NCBI GenBank assembly: GCA_018302815.1
Contig: JAGVZE010000010.1
Span: 3,523 to 67,522 of the forward strand
Direction of reading: 5' to 3'
DNA length: 64,000 bases
DNA from: Candidatus Woesearchaeota archaeon
GTDB lineage: Archaea > Nanobdellota > Nanobdellia > Woesearchaeales > ARS49
In this document: piece after piece, positions 8,836 through 17,931 of the stretch
Position numbering within the stretch: position 1 is the stretch's first letter
Layout: each line of letters starts with the position of its first letter
Translations under genes and position numbers: made by a program
The notes under the pieces: model-generated
Seen by the model: only the letters and a program-made list of their open reading frames with translations
Database searches by the model: none
What the model was told of the DNA's origin: nothing

Positions 8836-8843
8836 TTTATAAA
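8836..8843 (+). promoter_or_regulatory. TATA-box-like element (tttataaa) ~48 nt upstream of the 8891 start
   Basis: AT-rich octamer in the divergent intergenic region between srp54 and the 8891 ORF; speculative. Confidence 0.2.
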
Positions 8844-8890
8844 GGTTTTCGGTCATCAGCAATAAATACCCTGCAGAATAATGATTACGC

Positions 8891-9241
8891 GTGAAGGACC
8901 TGGAGAATAAAATCCTGGCAGGTTACGATGCGTTCTTTGCAAGTTACGTCAGCATAGATTTTATTCTTGACACGCAAGCCGGCGATCAGCCGTACCTTTT
9001 AGCACCGATAATCGCCGCGACAAGCGGATTTTACAAGGCATATGCGCAAAGCATCAACGCGCGAATCACAGACGCCTGCATTTTCGCCGCAGCAGGCTAT
9101 CTCGCAGCAGGGCTTGATGCGATGGAACGCTCAAATGACATACCGCACTGCGTTCAAGGGGCAGCATACGTAGTCATCGCAGGAATTTACCTCTGGCAGC
9201 AGTCACTAAGCGACAAAACTTCAGTAAGTTACGCCGATTGA
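8891..9241 (+). CDS. hypothetical protein (116 aa, GTG start)
   Basis: ORF divergent from srp54; Ala/Gly-rich, possibly membrane-associated. Confidence 0.3.
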   Translation: MKDLENKILAGYDAFFASYVSIDFILDTQAGDQPYLLAPIIAATSGFYKAYAQSINARITDACIFAAAGYLAAGLDAMERSNDIPHCVQGAAYVVIAGIYLWQQSLSDKTSVSYAD

Positions 9242-9849
9242 TGAAGTTCAACCAAGAAGGGCATCAGCGGGTCCAACAAGACACCTGGCATGGTAACCGC
9301 AATGAACACAAAAACCATGGCAATGATGAAAAGCAATACTGCAGGTACAACATACATCAAGATAGCCGTCGACTGCCTGATCCCATGAACTCTCTGTGTG
9401 CCCACAATCAAAAGATAAAACGAGTAAATCCAAACGAAAAAGTTAATGATTGGAATCCAACTAAAGAGCAGATCAGGCGTCCTTGAATAAACGTAAAGCT
9501 GATACGATTTCACATAGTCTGCCTTTCCACCGAAGATGAGAATCCACACGTGAAGCAAAGCTGCAGAGACAAAACTAAGCAGAAGACCCAAAGGATAACC
9601 CAGACCAATTGCGAGCGCCCACTCAAACGCAACGGGCTCTTGCGGCGCCGCTTCTCCTAAATACTTGGCAAGAAGCTCATCTACGATAGGCTGCATAGCA
9701 TAACCAATCGCAGTTGAAAGAACAACGCTTATCAACAGCCACACCGCAAGGAACGTGAACGAATCAGCGAAACCACGCTCTGACTTGATTTTCGTGAAGA
9801 ACTTAGATGGATGGAATAAAATGTCCGAAATTATAGTGAATGGCCTCAT
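9229..9849 (-). CDS. Yip1-domain membrane protein
   Basis: ~200 aa with five hydrophobic segments and overall Yip1/DUF1282-like organisation. Confidence 0.55.
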   Translation of the reverse strand: MRPFTIISDILFHPSKFFTKIKSERGFADSFTFLAVWLLISVVLSTAIGYAMQPIVDELLAKYLGEAAPQEPVAFEWALAIGLGYPLGLLLSFVSAALLHVWILIFGGKADYVKSYQLYVYSRTPDLLFSWIPIINFFVWIYSFYLLIVGTQRVHGIRQSTAILMYVVPAVLLFIIAMVFVFIAVTMPGVLLDPLMPFLVELHQSA

Positions 9850-9881
9850 AATGTAACATAATGAAGTATTTGTTTAAAAAA

Positions 9882-10550
9882 TTAGCGTTCCCTTGCCGCG
9901 TGGATAGCGTGCTCGATTACACTAGGAGTCCAACCTTTATTCGCAAGCTCCATGCGAATCTCGTGCACTGTGCGTTTGTGCTCAAGCTGATGAGCCACAT
10001 AATTGATTAAATCCTGCGGGGCAGGATGTATGTGGTCTTCTTTATGCGTCTCTTTGTGCACATAATATTGTTCACGAAGCCAGAAGATAAGTATGATTAC
10101 CACTAACAAGAGAAATACGTTGAGCCCTAGCAGGGCAACAAGTGTCGGCGGAAAAGAGGTTTGAGCAGGAACCTGCACATCAGGCGACGCAACGGCAAGA
10201 CCTGAAATCGAATCCCTTGAATTCTGCATCGATGAAAGCTGCGCGAGCACAGTGCGCTGGAACTGATCCATCGCTGCCTGTATCGAGCTAAGCTTCATAT
10301 CAAGCTGGGCTTGAGAAGCCTTGTGACCCGCGTTGTACTGCTCCAAATCTGCCTTGAGAAGCGAAACATTCCCGCCCAATGAAGTGGCAGCTTCCTGAAG
10401 CCTTAATATATGAATATTGTCCAAAGGAAAATCAGAATAGCGAGTGATACCCATCGCAGGAGCGTTAGGATATGTCGAATCATACGGCACGTTAACCTGA
10501 GCGAACGCGATAGAAGCTAACAGCAACACGAACAGCACACCCTTTTTCAT
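9882..10550 (-). CDS. secreted coiled-coil protein with C-terminal membrane anchor
   Basis: Signal peptide MKKGVLFVLLLASIAFA (internal Met chosen as start), a Gln/Leu-rich coiled-coil region, a TM segment LVALLGLNVFLLLVVIILIF and a His-rich cytoplasmic tail. Confidence 0.45.
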   Translation of the reverse strand: MKKGVLFVLLLASIAFAQVNVPYDSTYPNAPAMGITRYSDFPLDNIHILRLQEAATSLGGNVSLLKADLEQYNAGHKASQAQLDMKLSSIQAAMDQFQRTVLAQLSSMQNSRDSISGLAVASPDVQVPAQTSFPPTLVALLGLNVFLLLVVIILIFWLREQYYVHKETHKEDHIHPAPQDLINYVAHQLEHKRTVHEIRMELANKGWTPSVIEHAIHAARER

Positions 10551-10764
10551 AAACCAGTAGAACTGAAGATGGTATTTAAACATTATGCTATCAATCACTC
10601 AGGACTGCACTCGAACTGAGCGTTGAACATCGTGATTGCGAGCCTATCAAGGCAAGACTCGCACGTTCCGTGCATAAAAATCTCATTCTTGTGACATTGC
10701 TTGCAGAGCATAACATCACCACCTGACCTGAACATTAATAAACATTACATATCGCCGAGCAATC

Positions 10765-11385
10765 ATGGCAGAGATGAAATTGGAACGCATACTGGGCAAG
10801 ATCCACCACGCGTCTTTTGCGACACAATACGAAGCCGCGAGCACAATGATTCGATTCTCAGAATACTACGAGAACCCGAAACTACGAGGGACCGCATTCA
10901 CTCTCGATGAAGTCATGGATTTCTGGGCTCAAAAAAATGGGAAGATGGAGTATTTTGAATACTGGGAAGGATTCAATGTCCCATCAGTTGTATTCGAGCA
11001 ATTCATCAATGGGAAAATGGATCCCTTACGCGATAAAGAAAAAATGCTTTTGGACGCGCTCAAAAAGATACCGTGTCCTTTTTACCTCATCGCAACCCGC
11101 GAAGGAATAGACCCTGCCACTATGAAACACGAAATAGCGCACGGACTCTTCTATACAAACGCAGAGTATTACAAGAAAGCCATGCACATCATATCTGAAA
11201 TCGACAAAGCGCCCATTTTTGAATTTCTTCGCGATGAGAACTATCACAAGTCCGTGTGGTTTGATGAAACACACGCATATTTGCTCGATGGAGGCTCAGA
11301 CCTTCGCAAAGCAGGAATCGCGCTTAAACCATACCGCAACGCGCAAAAACAGCTCCAAGCGCTCTATCGCGAATTTACAAAATAG
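10765..11385 (+). CDS. hypothetical protein with HExxH (HEIAHGLFY) zinc-hydrolase motif
   Basis: Single HEIAH motif at ~aa 130; no family recognised. Confidence 0.4.
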   Translation: MAEMKLERILGKIHHASFATQYEAASTMIRFSEYYENPKLRGTAFTLDEVMDFWAQKNGKMEYFEYWEGFNVPSVVFEQFINGKMDPLRDKEKMLLDALKKIPCPFYLIATREGIDPATMKHEIAHGLFYTNAEYYKKAMHIISEIDKAPIFEFLRDENYHKSVWFDETHAYLLDGGSDLRKAGIALKPYRNAQKQLQALYREFTK

Positions 11386-11455
11386 ATATTTTAATTCTCA
11401 TAGGAATATTTCTACCACGCACAATTATTAACAGAATATTTAATTCGTCACATAG

Positions 11456-11941
11456 GTGATACAAATGACAAAAATATACCACACAGACTGGGGCGGAAAT
11501 AGGCAAATATACACAGAAGCGAACAAGCCAAACATCGAAGGGCTCATCGAACACGAGCTTAAAAACCACGAATTCGGCGAAAAAATACAATCATTTGCAG
11601 GATGGACACCGCACTATCAATTCGAAGAAGCAGGATTCAAATTAGAGAAAAAAGTGGACCTCTTAAGAATCGGAAAACCAGTCAAAAGAATCAAAAACGG
11701 CGCGTTCCAAGTAAACGTTGAAGGCGTAATAGAAATAACTCCTGAAGACGAGCAATACGGCAGAGCAAACGCAGGAACAAAAGGCATACTTAGAACGCCC
11801 GAAAATAAGCTTTTGCTGCGAAACGAATACGAACGGTTAAACAACTCGCAGATACCATTCGTTGTGTTCAGAACATACAGAGGATGGCCTGCGATTTGGG
11901 ATAGCGTGTATTTTTTCTCACAGGGGGAGTTCAAAGGATAG
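11456..11941 (+). CDS. hypothetical protein (161 aa)
   Basis: Clean ORF with no recognised motifs. A 7-bp hairpin (cagcccc atac ggggctg) lies just downstream. Confidence 0.4.
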   Translation: MIQMTKIYHTDWGGNRQIYTEANKPNIEGLIEHELKNHEFGEKIQSFAGWTPHYQFEEAGFKLEKKVDLLRIGKPVKRIKNGAFQVNVEGVIEITPEDEQYGRANAGTKGILRTPENKLLLRNEYERLNNSQIPFVVFRTYRGWPAIWDSVYFFSQGEFKG

Positions 11942-11976
11942 ATTTAAAAGTAAAATGGGAGAACACAGCCCCATAC

Positions 11977-12066
11977 GGGGCTGTCTGCTAGGGGTAGGCT
12001 ACACCCTTGGGGCGACGTAAATGTCTCAAAATGGGTGTGACGCGAGTTCAATTCTCGCCAGTCCCA
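11977..12066 (+). tRNA. tRNA with putative ~19-nt intron (tentatively tRNA-Pro GGG)
   Basis: Manual fold. Acceptor ggggctg/cagtccc pairs 7/7 with one G-U. T-arm gcgag-ttcaatt-ctcgc has a consensus T54T55C56R57A58 loop. Anticodon stem caccc/gggtg. D-stem is only 3 bp with a GG-containing loop. 90 nt total implies an intron. Anticodon GGG assumes the canonical 37/38 intron position. Confidence 0.55.
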
Positions 12067-12128
12067 TGAAACTGCCATGCGAAGCTTTTGTTTAAAATCG
12101 ACAAGGCAGGATTGAACGCTGGCCACGA

Positions 12129-12160
12129 AGTGGATTGAGTTCAATTCTCGTAAGTCCCAT
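12129..12160 (+). repeat. partial direct copy of the tRNA 3' end (T-arm + 3' acceptor), att-like remnant or 3' half
   Basis: gagttcaattctcg..agtcccat recurs 92 nt downstream of the same block in the tRNA (~4 mismatches over ~30 nt). No matching 5' acceptor strand found upstream. Confidence 0.4.
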
Positions 12161-12167
12161 CAAATTT

Positions 12168-12899
12168 ATGAGTCTTAAAACCGCAGTAATATTCACAGGC
12201 CCAACAACAACGGGCAAGACTGACATCGCAACAGCGCTCGCAAAGCGATTCGATGGAGAAATAATCAACTCCGATAGATTGTACGTCTACTCATTCTTGA
12301 GAATTGGGAGCGGATTGTCCGATACGCTTGAATCATCAGATGTCGCGCGGCATCTCTATGGAATATGCGGGCCTTCAGACATACTTTGCGCAGATGAATA
12401 CGTTCGCCGCATTGAAGAACTCGTGCCGAAAATCTTGTCAAGGAAGAAACTGCCAATAATTGAAGGCTGCTCATCAATCTACAACCCTGCGCTAATAGAG
12501 AGCAACCGACAACCAGGCAGGACATTCCACTATTCACCAATAATCGCGCTAAGATGGCCAAGCGGGACGAATTTAAGAAGCAGAATCGAAAAACGGCTTG
12601 AACAAATGTTTGAAGAAGGCCTTTTGCAGGAAGCAACCGCGATTTTCAATTCAGGGTACAAAAGCATACATCCAATCGAAATAAGCGTCGTTTACAACCC
12701 ACTCATGAAATATCTGGATGGTAATCTGACTCTAGCTGATGCGAAAGAGAAAATCATTGATCGTTTTATAGAGGTTGCTCATATGCAGCTAGAAAAATTC
12801 GAGACAATACCTGAAATCCAATGGATAGAAGCCAATCCGAATACACCCCAGAGGACACTGCAGCAGGCAATCGAGATTATAACTGGAGTGTGCCGATAA
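12168..12899 (+). CDS. isopentenyltransferase (IPT family; Tzs/adenylate-IPT-like or short MiaA-like)
   Basis: P-loop GPTTTGKTDIA. Blocks SDRLYVY, LRIGSG and LPIIEGCSSIYNPAL align with Tzs LDRVQCC / IATGSG / LILEGGSISLL and with the MiaA N-terminus. At 243 aa it matches adenylate IPTs rather than ~310-aa MiaA. The ATG at 12168 was chosen so the CDS does not overlap the tRNA-like repeat. Confidence 0.65.
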   Translation: MSLKTAVIFTGPTTTGKTDIATALAKRFDGEIINSDRLYVYSFLRIGSGLSDTLESSDVARHLYGICGPSDILCADEYVRRIEELVPKILSRKKLPIIEGCSSIYNPALIESNRQPGRTFHYSPIIALRWPSGTNLRSRIEKRLEQMFEEGLLQEATAIFNSGYKSIHPIEISVVYNPLMKYLDGNLTLADAKEKIIDRFIEVAHMQLEKFETIPEIQWIEANPNTPQRTLQQAIEIITGVCR

Positions 12900-12936
12900 C
12901 GACATCTTTAAAAACCGCGTTCTAAGCTTTCAGAAT

Positions 12937-13380
12937 ATGAAAAACAACCAACTACTCGAAATCTTTCTAGAGCATTACTGGCACAAGGATACGCGAGACA
13001 CCGAGTACAAACAGCGGAACGTTCCTTACCAAGTCCAGGTTCCGACAACCGTCTTTGAACTCCACAACATACTTAAGCCTAAAAAAACCGATGACCTCTC
13101 AGCCATAGAATACTGCGAACTTATCAAATCAGCTTACGTGAATGAAACACTTGAAGAAATGAAACTTAGCCACGGGCAGAGCACACAGGGAAGAACTCCG
13201 CAATCGTTTGTTTATACTGACAGGCTCGAACCAAGCGTCATCATCACATCAGAAATAGACCTAGCGGCATTTGGAAGGATCTGGTTCACGGTCAGCGCAC
13301 TTGAAAAAGAACGATTCGATAGCCTTGTCAACTTGACGCACGCATTCATGGGAAAACTCAACATACCACGCGCCCAATGA
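12937..13380 (+). CDS. hypothetical protein (147 aa)
   Basis: ORF only; no motifs. Confidence 0.35.
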   Translation: MKNNQLLEIFLEHYWHKDTRDTEYKQRNVPYQVQVPTTVFELHNILKPKKTDDLSAIEYCELIKSAYVNETLEEMKLSHGQSTQGRTPQSFVYTDRLEPSVIITSEIDLAAFGRIWFTVSALEKERFDSLVNLTHAFMGKLNIPRAQ

Positions 13381-13415
13381 GAATATTTATATAACAAAAC
13401 GACCCTGCGCACTTC

Positions 13416-14237
13416 ATGAAAAAAGCGGTGCTGTATGCAAGCCTTCTTGGCGCCGCCGCAAGCATATTCTTTCTGAAACCCGAAAGTGAATTCTCACAAT
13501 CGTACAGAAATCCATCTGAAATTCAGGCAAGACAATCAATCGAGTCCATCCTAACATTACCAGAGAAAACTGTTGAAAACAAGAAAAAAGTCCAAGCAAT
13601 CGCGCCAATTTCAAGCATTGAGTACGTATCTGAACACAAGCCAATCCCGAACAAAGATGAACATGGTTGCCTGCTCTTTGATAGAGAGTTGAACCGCCCA
13701 GAACCTGATCAGGCAATACCTGAGCGAATAATTGAAGAGAACAGCCCGCTTTCCTGCGCTTTTCGATATTTTAGGCCGATTCGAGAAGCCATGCTTGAAT
13801 ATCACTGCACGCCAAACACTGCGCTTAGAAATGAATCGATTGAGCGAGTACGACAGGAACTAACCGAAGAACTGCGTGCGATGCCAAACTTCGATGCGCG
13901 ACTCTCAACAATACTTCACCTCCAGCAATTAGTATCCGATGAACTGGCGAGAGCCACAGACGTGAGAGCGAGTTCTTATCTGCAATCAATACGAGACAAC
14001 CTTTGCGAAGAGGGAACTGCAATAAATACTCACGCGTTGAATTCTGCGAACTGCTACCAATACCTCGTGATAATGAAATCGCTGCCGAACGAGTCAAAAA
14101 GGCACTGGTATAACCTCTGGATCGGTATAAAGCAGCAAGCTCAAGAACACGAGATACGAGTCAGGCAAGGACAGGCAACAGATTCTCAAGCGCCGCTCGA
14201 ACAAATTCTCCAATTGCGGTTCACTGAAAGCTATTGA
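13416..14237 (+). CDS. secreted hypothetical protein
   Basis: Signal peptide MKKAVLYASLLGAAASIFF; the rest is unrecognised. Confidence 0.45.
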   Translation: MKKAVLYASLLGAAASIFFLKPESEFSQSYRNPSEIQARQSIESILTLPEKTVENKKKVQAIAPISSIEYVSEHKPIPNKDEHGCLLFDRELNRPEPDQAIPERIIEENSPLSCAFRYFRPIREAMLEYHCTPNTALRNESIERVRQELTEELRAMPNFDARLSTILHLQQLVSDELARATDVRASSYLQSIRDNLCEEGTAINTHALNSANCYQYLVIMKSLPNESKRHWYNLWIGIKQQAQEHEIRVRQGQATDSQAPLEQILQLRFTESY

Positions 14238-14281
14238 AACTAGATACCCCTTTATATAATACCTGCCATTAAATGATGTAA

Positions 14282-14578
14282 ATGGTAAGCTATAAGCAGT
14301 TATGCGCACGGTGCAAAAAACAATTCGTTCTTATCAGCGGGAACCAGTTCCCCGTATGCTATGACTGCCAGAAAAAAGAGCTTTCGGGCGAAATAAAGGA
14401 TCCGAAAATGAAAAAAATGTTTAAACTGCCAGAAGAGCTCTATATGAACAATCCATTTCTTCGCGACATAAAAGCTAAATACCTTCGATTCGGGAATCTA
14501 ACTGAAAAACAAATAGACGCGTTCAAGAGAGTATCGAAAGAGCTTCTGGATGCCTCGCTTAAGAAATCCACAGACTAG
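14282..14578 (+). CDS. small zinc-ribbon protein
   Basis: CARCKK...CYDCQKK (CxxC..CxxC) followed by a basic helical tail. Confidence 0.4.
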   Translation: MVSYKQLCARCKKQFVLISGNQFPVCYDCQKKELSGEIKDPKMKKMFKLPEELYMNNPFLRDIKAKYLRFGNLTEKQIDAFKRVSKELLDASLKKSTD

Positions 14579-14618
14579 CGAGCGGTTCTTGGAAATTCAA
14601 TAAAGAAATTGTCTGAAA

Positions 14619-14669
14619 CCAATAAAATGCAGTGCATTTTATTGGCCCAGAAAACGCCCTGCGTTTTCT
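14619..14669 (+). terminator. two adjacent hairpins: a perfect 13-bp palindrome, then a 9-bp stem + T-run (intrinsic-terminator-like)
   Basis: ccaataaaatgca g tgcattttattgg (14619-14645), then agaaaacgc cct gcgttttct t (14649-14669), immediately 3' of the 14282..14578 gene. Confidence 0.4.
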
Positions 14670-14683
14670 TGGACTCGCTATCC

Positions 14684-14873
14684 CGCGCAGCAAGCTGCGG
14701 AGTATTACACTAGTTTTCTCCTGTGGGACCGACAATTTCTGTCTGTCAAAAATCACTAAAGCCATACTAGTAGTAGTGATTTTTGAGCACACTCGGAATT
14801 CCATGCAATTTCAATTAGCAACAGGGAATTCCGATGTTTCATTTTAGGAACGTCCAACCGCAGCAAGCTGCGG
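14684..14873. repeat. two copies of palindrome cgcagcaagctgcgg[a/g]gtatt flanking an 11-bp-stem hairpin and two ggaattcc sites
   Basis: Copy 1 at 14686-14705, copy 2 at 14859-14878. Hairpin caaaaatcact / agtgatttttg at 14747-14785. ggaattcc at 14795 and 14825. All lie in the 330-nt intergenic region upstream of the glycosyltransferase cluster. Confidence 0.4.
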
Positions 14874-14911
14874 GGTATTGGACCCAAAATGAAATAAGAT
14901 AATGCTATTAT

Positions 14912-15922
14912 ATGACTGCCGTATTTGGCATCAAAAGAACCGACAAAATGAACATTGACGCACACGGGCAAAATCACAAGATGAAAGCAACAATACTGCT
15001 AACCACATATGCGACAAGAAAGACCGTGCTGCCCACAGTATACGCATTATTGAACCAAGAATTCGCAAAAGATCAATTCGAGATAATAATAACCGACAGC
15101 GAATGGTTGTCGACAGAAGATAAATTCGCATTGGCACACATTTGCAAAGATAATCCGAACCTGCTCCTAAGATCGTTTGAAAACAAAAATTCCGCCGAAT
15201 CATACAATGCTTCGATCCAAGAATCAAACGGAACACATATTTTGTTTATCGCGCCGCATTGCATACCCAAACGAAATTGGCTCAAAAATTGGATAACCTT
15301 AGCATCAAAACACGAAAATTTCATGGCCGCCGGCCATATTGAATGTATCGACTCAAAATATGCAGTAGGAATATATGAAAAAAACCAGCACGAGCGCATA
15401 ATCGCGAAAAATCAGGACAAAAAAGAGAACGCACATTTTGATTACCACAACTCGATAGCAGAACGAAAACTCATCATGGAAAACGGAATGTTCGATACGA
15501 CATTCACGTCACCTGCCTGCGTCACGGAATTCGGATTACGCCACACAATAACGGGTGGAAAAATAGCAGTCATAAGAAGCAACCCCGTGCACCACTTAAA
15601 TGAAATTCGACTTTCGACCTACTGTAAACTCGCATATGCTGATGGCTTTGATGCAGGAATATTGAATCTCAAGTACGCAAAAAATGAAAAATTCAGGACA
15701 ACCCATCCGACCTTGATGAAACATCTCACTTTATTGAATTATGCCTGGCCCGCAGTCGAGATTTCAGCTCGAATAATCTCATTATTTTTCATCGCAACCT
15801 ACTTCGCAGCCCACATAATCCGCTCAAATAACTTAAAACAGCATTCAATATATACCTCCGTGAAAAATTCACACAGACTAGGACAACTCAAAAGCATACG
15901 ACTTCACAAAGAGCTGATTTGA
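14912..15922 (+). CDS. glycosyltransferase family 2-like protein
   Basis: N-terminal Rossmann-like region ILLTTYATRK...FEIIITDSE resembles a GT-A fold; a hydrophobic segment near the C-terminus. True start may be an internal Met. Confidence 0.45.
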   Translation: MTAVFGIKRTDKMNIDAHGQNHKMKATILLTTYATRKTVLPTVYALLNQEFAKDQFEIIITDSEWLSTEDKFALAHICKDNPNLLLRSFENKNSAESYNASIQESNGTHILFIAPHCIPKRNWLKNWITLASKHENFMAAGHIECIDSKYAVGIYEKNQHERIIAKNQDKKENAHFDYHNSIAERKLIMENGMFDTTFTSPACVTEFGLRHTITGGKIAVIRSNPVHHLNEIRLSTYCKLAYADGFDAGILNLKYAKNEKFRTTHPTLMKHLTLLNYAWPAVEISARIISLFFIATYFAAHIIRSNNLKQHSIYTSVKNSHRLGQLKSIRLHKELI

Positions 15923-16870
15923 ATGAAAGCATCAGTAATAATTTCTGATGTGAATTCACAAGGCATGCTGATCGCATCAGTATATTCTACAGTCACTCAA
16001 GATCTGCCCTGCCAAGATTTTGAAATCTTACTTCCGATCAATAACGAAATCAACTTTGAAGACCTGCAACTACTTAGGGCAATCCAATCAGAGCACAGCA
16101 ACCTGCACCTCATTGATTCAACCGGAAGTAACCGAAGCCAAGCGATAAACACTGCATGTAAACTCGCCAAAGGAGACATCCTGCTTTTCACAGAATCGCA
16201 CTGCTTAGCCCCCAGAAATTGGATACGAAAATTCGTGGAGCAATTCAAAGATAAAAAAATCAAGCTTTCACTCGGCACAACAATATCCGTGGCAAGCGCT
16301 TCACCAGTGTCCATCGCCGAATCAAAGCAACAAAAACAATCGACTGATAACTCCATCAAATTAGGGCTGGATAAATCATATTTCGATTTTCATAATTGCG
16401 CCATCAGAAAGGACTCATTTTGGGAATTAAACGGATTGAATGAAGAAATCCCAATATTCGCTGAATTCGATTTTGGAGCACGAGCGGTCGATCAAGGCAG
16501 ATCCATCAAAAAATCAAATGGAACTGTGCTGCATTTTAATGATACCAGCCTTGCGCGCCATTCACTAATAATATCCGCACAAGGAGAAAATAAGATGAAG
16601 CTTTATCTGCAAAAGGATGAAAAATACATACGACGCTATTTTCCCATGCCAAAACTGATACGTTTCAAAAGAATACTGGTGCCCTTTAGACGGTCGATAG
16701 AGTTAGCTCTCATATTCCTGAAAAATGTTTGGATAATCGGATTCGTACTGACAGTAATATTAAATATGCCATCTGCACAAGTTTCATTCTTCAGGCAATT
16801 CGCGATAGCAAGCCACAGACTTGGAACCATAAAAGCACTGTCGAAGACACAGCCGAGAAAAAGGAAATAA
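15923..16870 (+). CDS. glycosyltransferase family 2-like protein (paralog of 19661..20605)
   Basis: ASVIISDVNSQG...FEILLPINNE, FDFHNCAI; C-terminal TM segment. Confidence 0.5.
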   Translation: MKASVIISDVNSQGMLIASVYSTVTQDLPCQDFEILLPINNEINFEDLQLLRAIQSEHSNLHLIDSTGSNRSQAINTACKLAKGDILLFTESHCLAPRNWIRKFVEQFKDKKIKLSLGTTISVASASPVSIAESKQQKQSTDNSIKLGLDKSYFDFHNCAIRKDSFWELNGLNEEIPIFAEFDFGARAVDQGRSIKKSNGTVLHFNDTSLARHSLIISAQGENKMKLYLQKDEKYIRRYFPMPKLIRFKRILVPFRRSIELALIFLKNVWIIGFVLTVILNMPSAQVSFFRQFAIASHRLGTIKALSKTQPRKRK

Positions 16871-16871
16871 A

Positions 16872-17855
16872 ATGTTAAAAAAAATATCAACATACTTGAA
16901 AAAAGTGATGAAACTGCAGTTGAGTGCACCTGCCCACGTGAATATAGAGATTTCAACCGCCTGCAATCTGAAATGCAAGATGTGCAAACGAGAGAAATTC
17001 GATTTCGGGAATAAACTGATGCCATTTGAGACATTCACCGCAATAATGGAAAAACTTCCCAAAGGAGTCGAAATAATATCTTTCGGAGGATATGGCGAGA
17101 TGACGCTCCACCCCCGATTCTTTGATATGGTAAAATATGCAAAAGAAAAAGGATACCGAACAGAAACAACATCAAATGGAACTTTATTTTCAACTGATGA
17201 AAAAATTCACAAGCTTCTTGAAAGCAAACTTGACACCATACGAATATCAGTGGATCACATACGCGAACCGCTCGAAGAAAATGATGCAGGACACGTATTC
17301 TCTTCGACACTATTGCAAAATCTGAAAAGGCTTAACGAACTTAGACGCGAAACAAAAAAATCCATGAAATTATGCATAAACACAGTAGTTCACGCAGGAA
17401 ACATCGATGAACTTATCGAGCTAGTGAAATATTTTGAAGATATAGGCTTTGATATGGTCGAGTTCATAAGACTTGACACTAATATGAACAATGCGCAACG
17501 AACACTCCAAATACAAAAAGAAAAAGAAACATACACAACAATATTGAAAATGAATAAAAGAATAAAAGTCATAACTCCTTTAAACAGATTCGCAAAATGG
17601 CGAAAGTACTATGCATCCAACAACACATTCTGCATATTCCTTCATCAATGCGCACACATAAGAATCAACGGACAAGTCACACCTTGCGCATTTGGATTCG
17701 CCATGCACGATTTTGGCAACATACACGAGCAAAGCTTGACGCAAATCTGGAACAATGATGAATTCTTGCGCATCAGGAAAAACCCCGAGAATCCAACCTG
17801 CCAAAACTGCAAAATATTCAAATGGCCAGCCAATATTTTGCCCACAAAACAATAG
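16872..17855 (+). CDS. radical SAM protein with C-terminal SPASM-like Cys cluster
   Basis: NIEISTACNLKCKMCKRE (CxxxCxxC). C-terminal CAFGFAMHDFGN...CQNCKIF cysteine cluster typical of a SPASM/twitch domain. Confidence 0.7.
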   Translation: MLKKISTYLKKVMKLQLSAPAHVNIEISTACNLKCKMCKREKFDFGNKLMPFETFTAIMEKLPKGVEIISFGGYGEMTLHPRFFDMVKYAKEKGYRTETTSNGTLFSTDEKIHKLLESKLDTIRISVDHIREPLEENDAGHVFSSTLLQNLKRLNELRRETKKSMKLCINTVVHAGNIDELIELVKYFEDIGFDMVEFIRLDTNMNNAQRTLQIQKEKETYTTILKMNKRIKVITPLNRFAKWRKYYASNNTFCIFLHQCAHIRINGQVTPCAFGFAMHDFGNIHEQSLTQIWNNDEFLRIRKNPENPTCQNCKIFKWPANILPTKQ

Positions 17856-17931
17856 AATTCACACAAAATAAATAAATTGCCCAGATGAAACCATCAACAA
17901 AAGAAGTCATATATTCGCTGAACTTACAAAT

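Noticed and set aside
12129-12160. Second complete tRNA gene
   Set aside because: T-arm and 3' acceptor are present, but I found no complementary 5' acceptor strand or D/anticodon arms upstream. Treated as a partial copy.
12135-12167. Upstream start for the IPT gene (MSSILVSPIKF...)
   Set aside because: It lies entirely within the tRNA 3'-end-like repeat. The P-loop domain begins right after the internal ATG at 12168.
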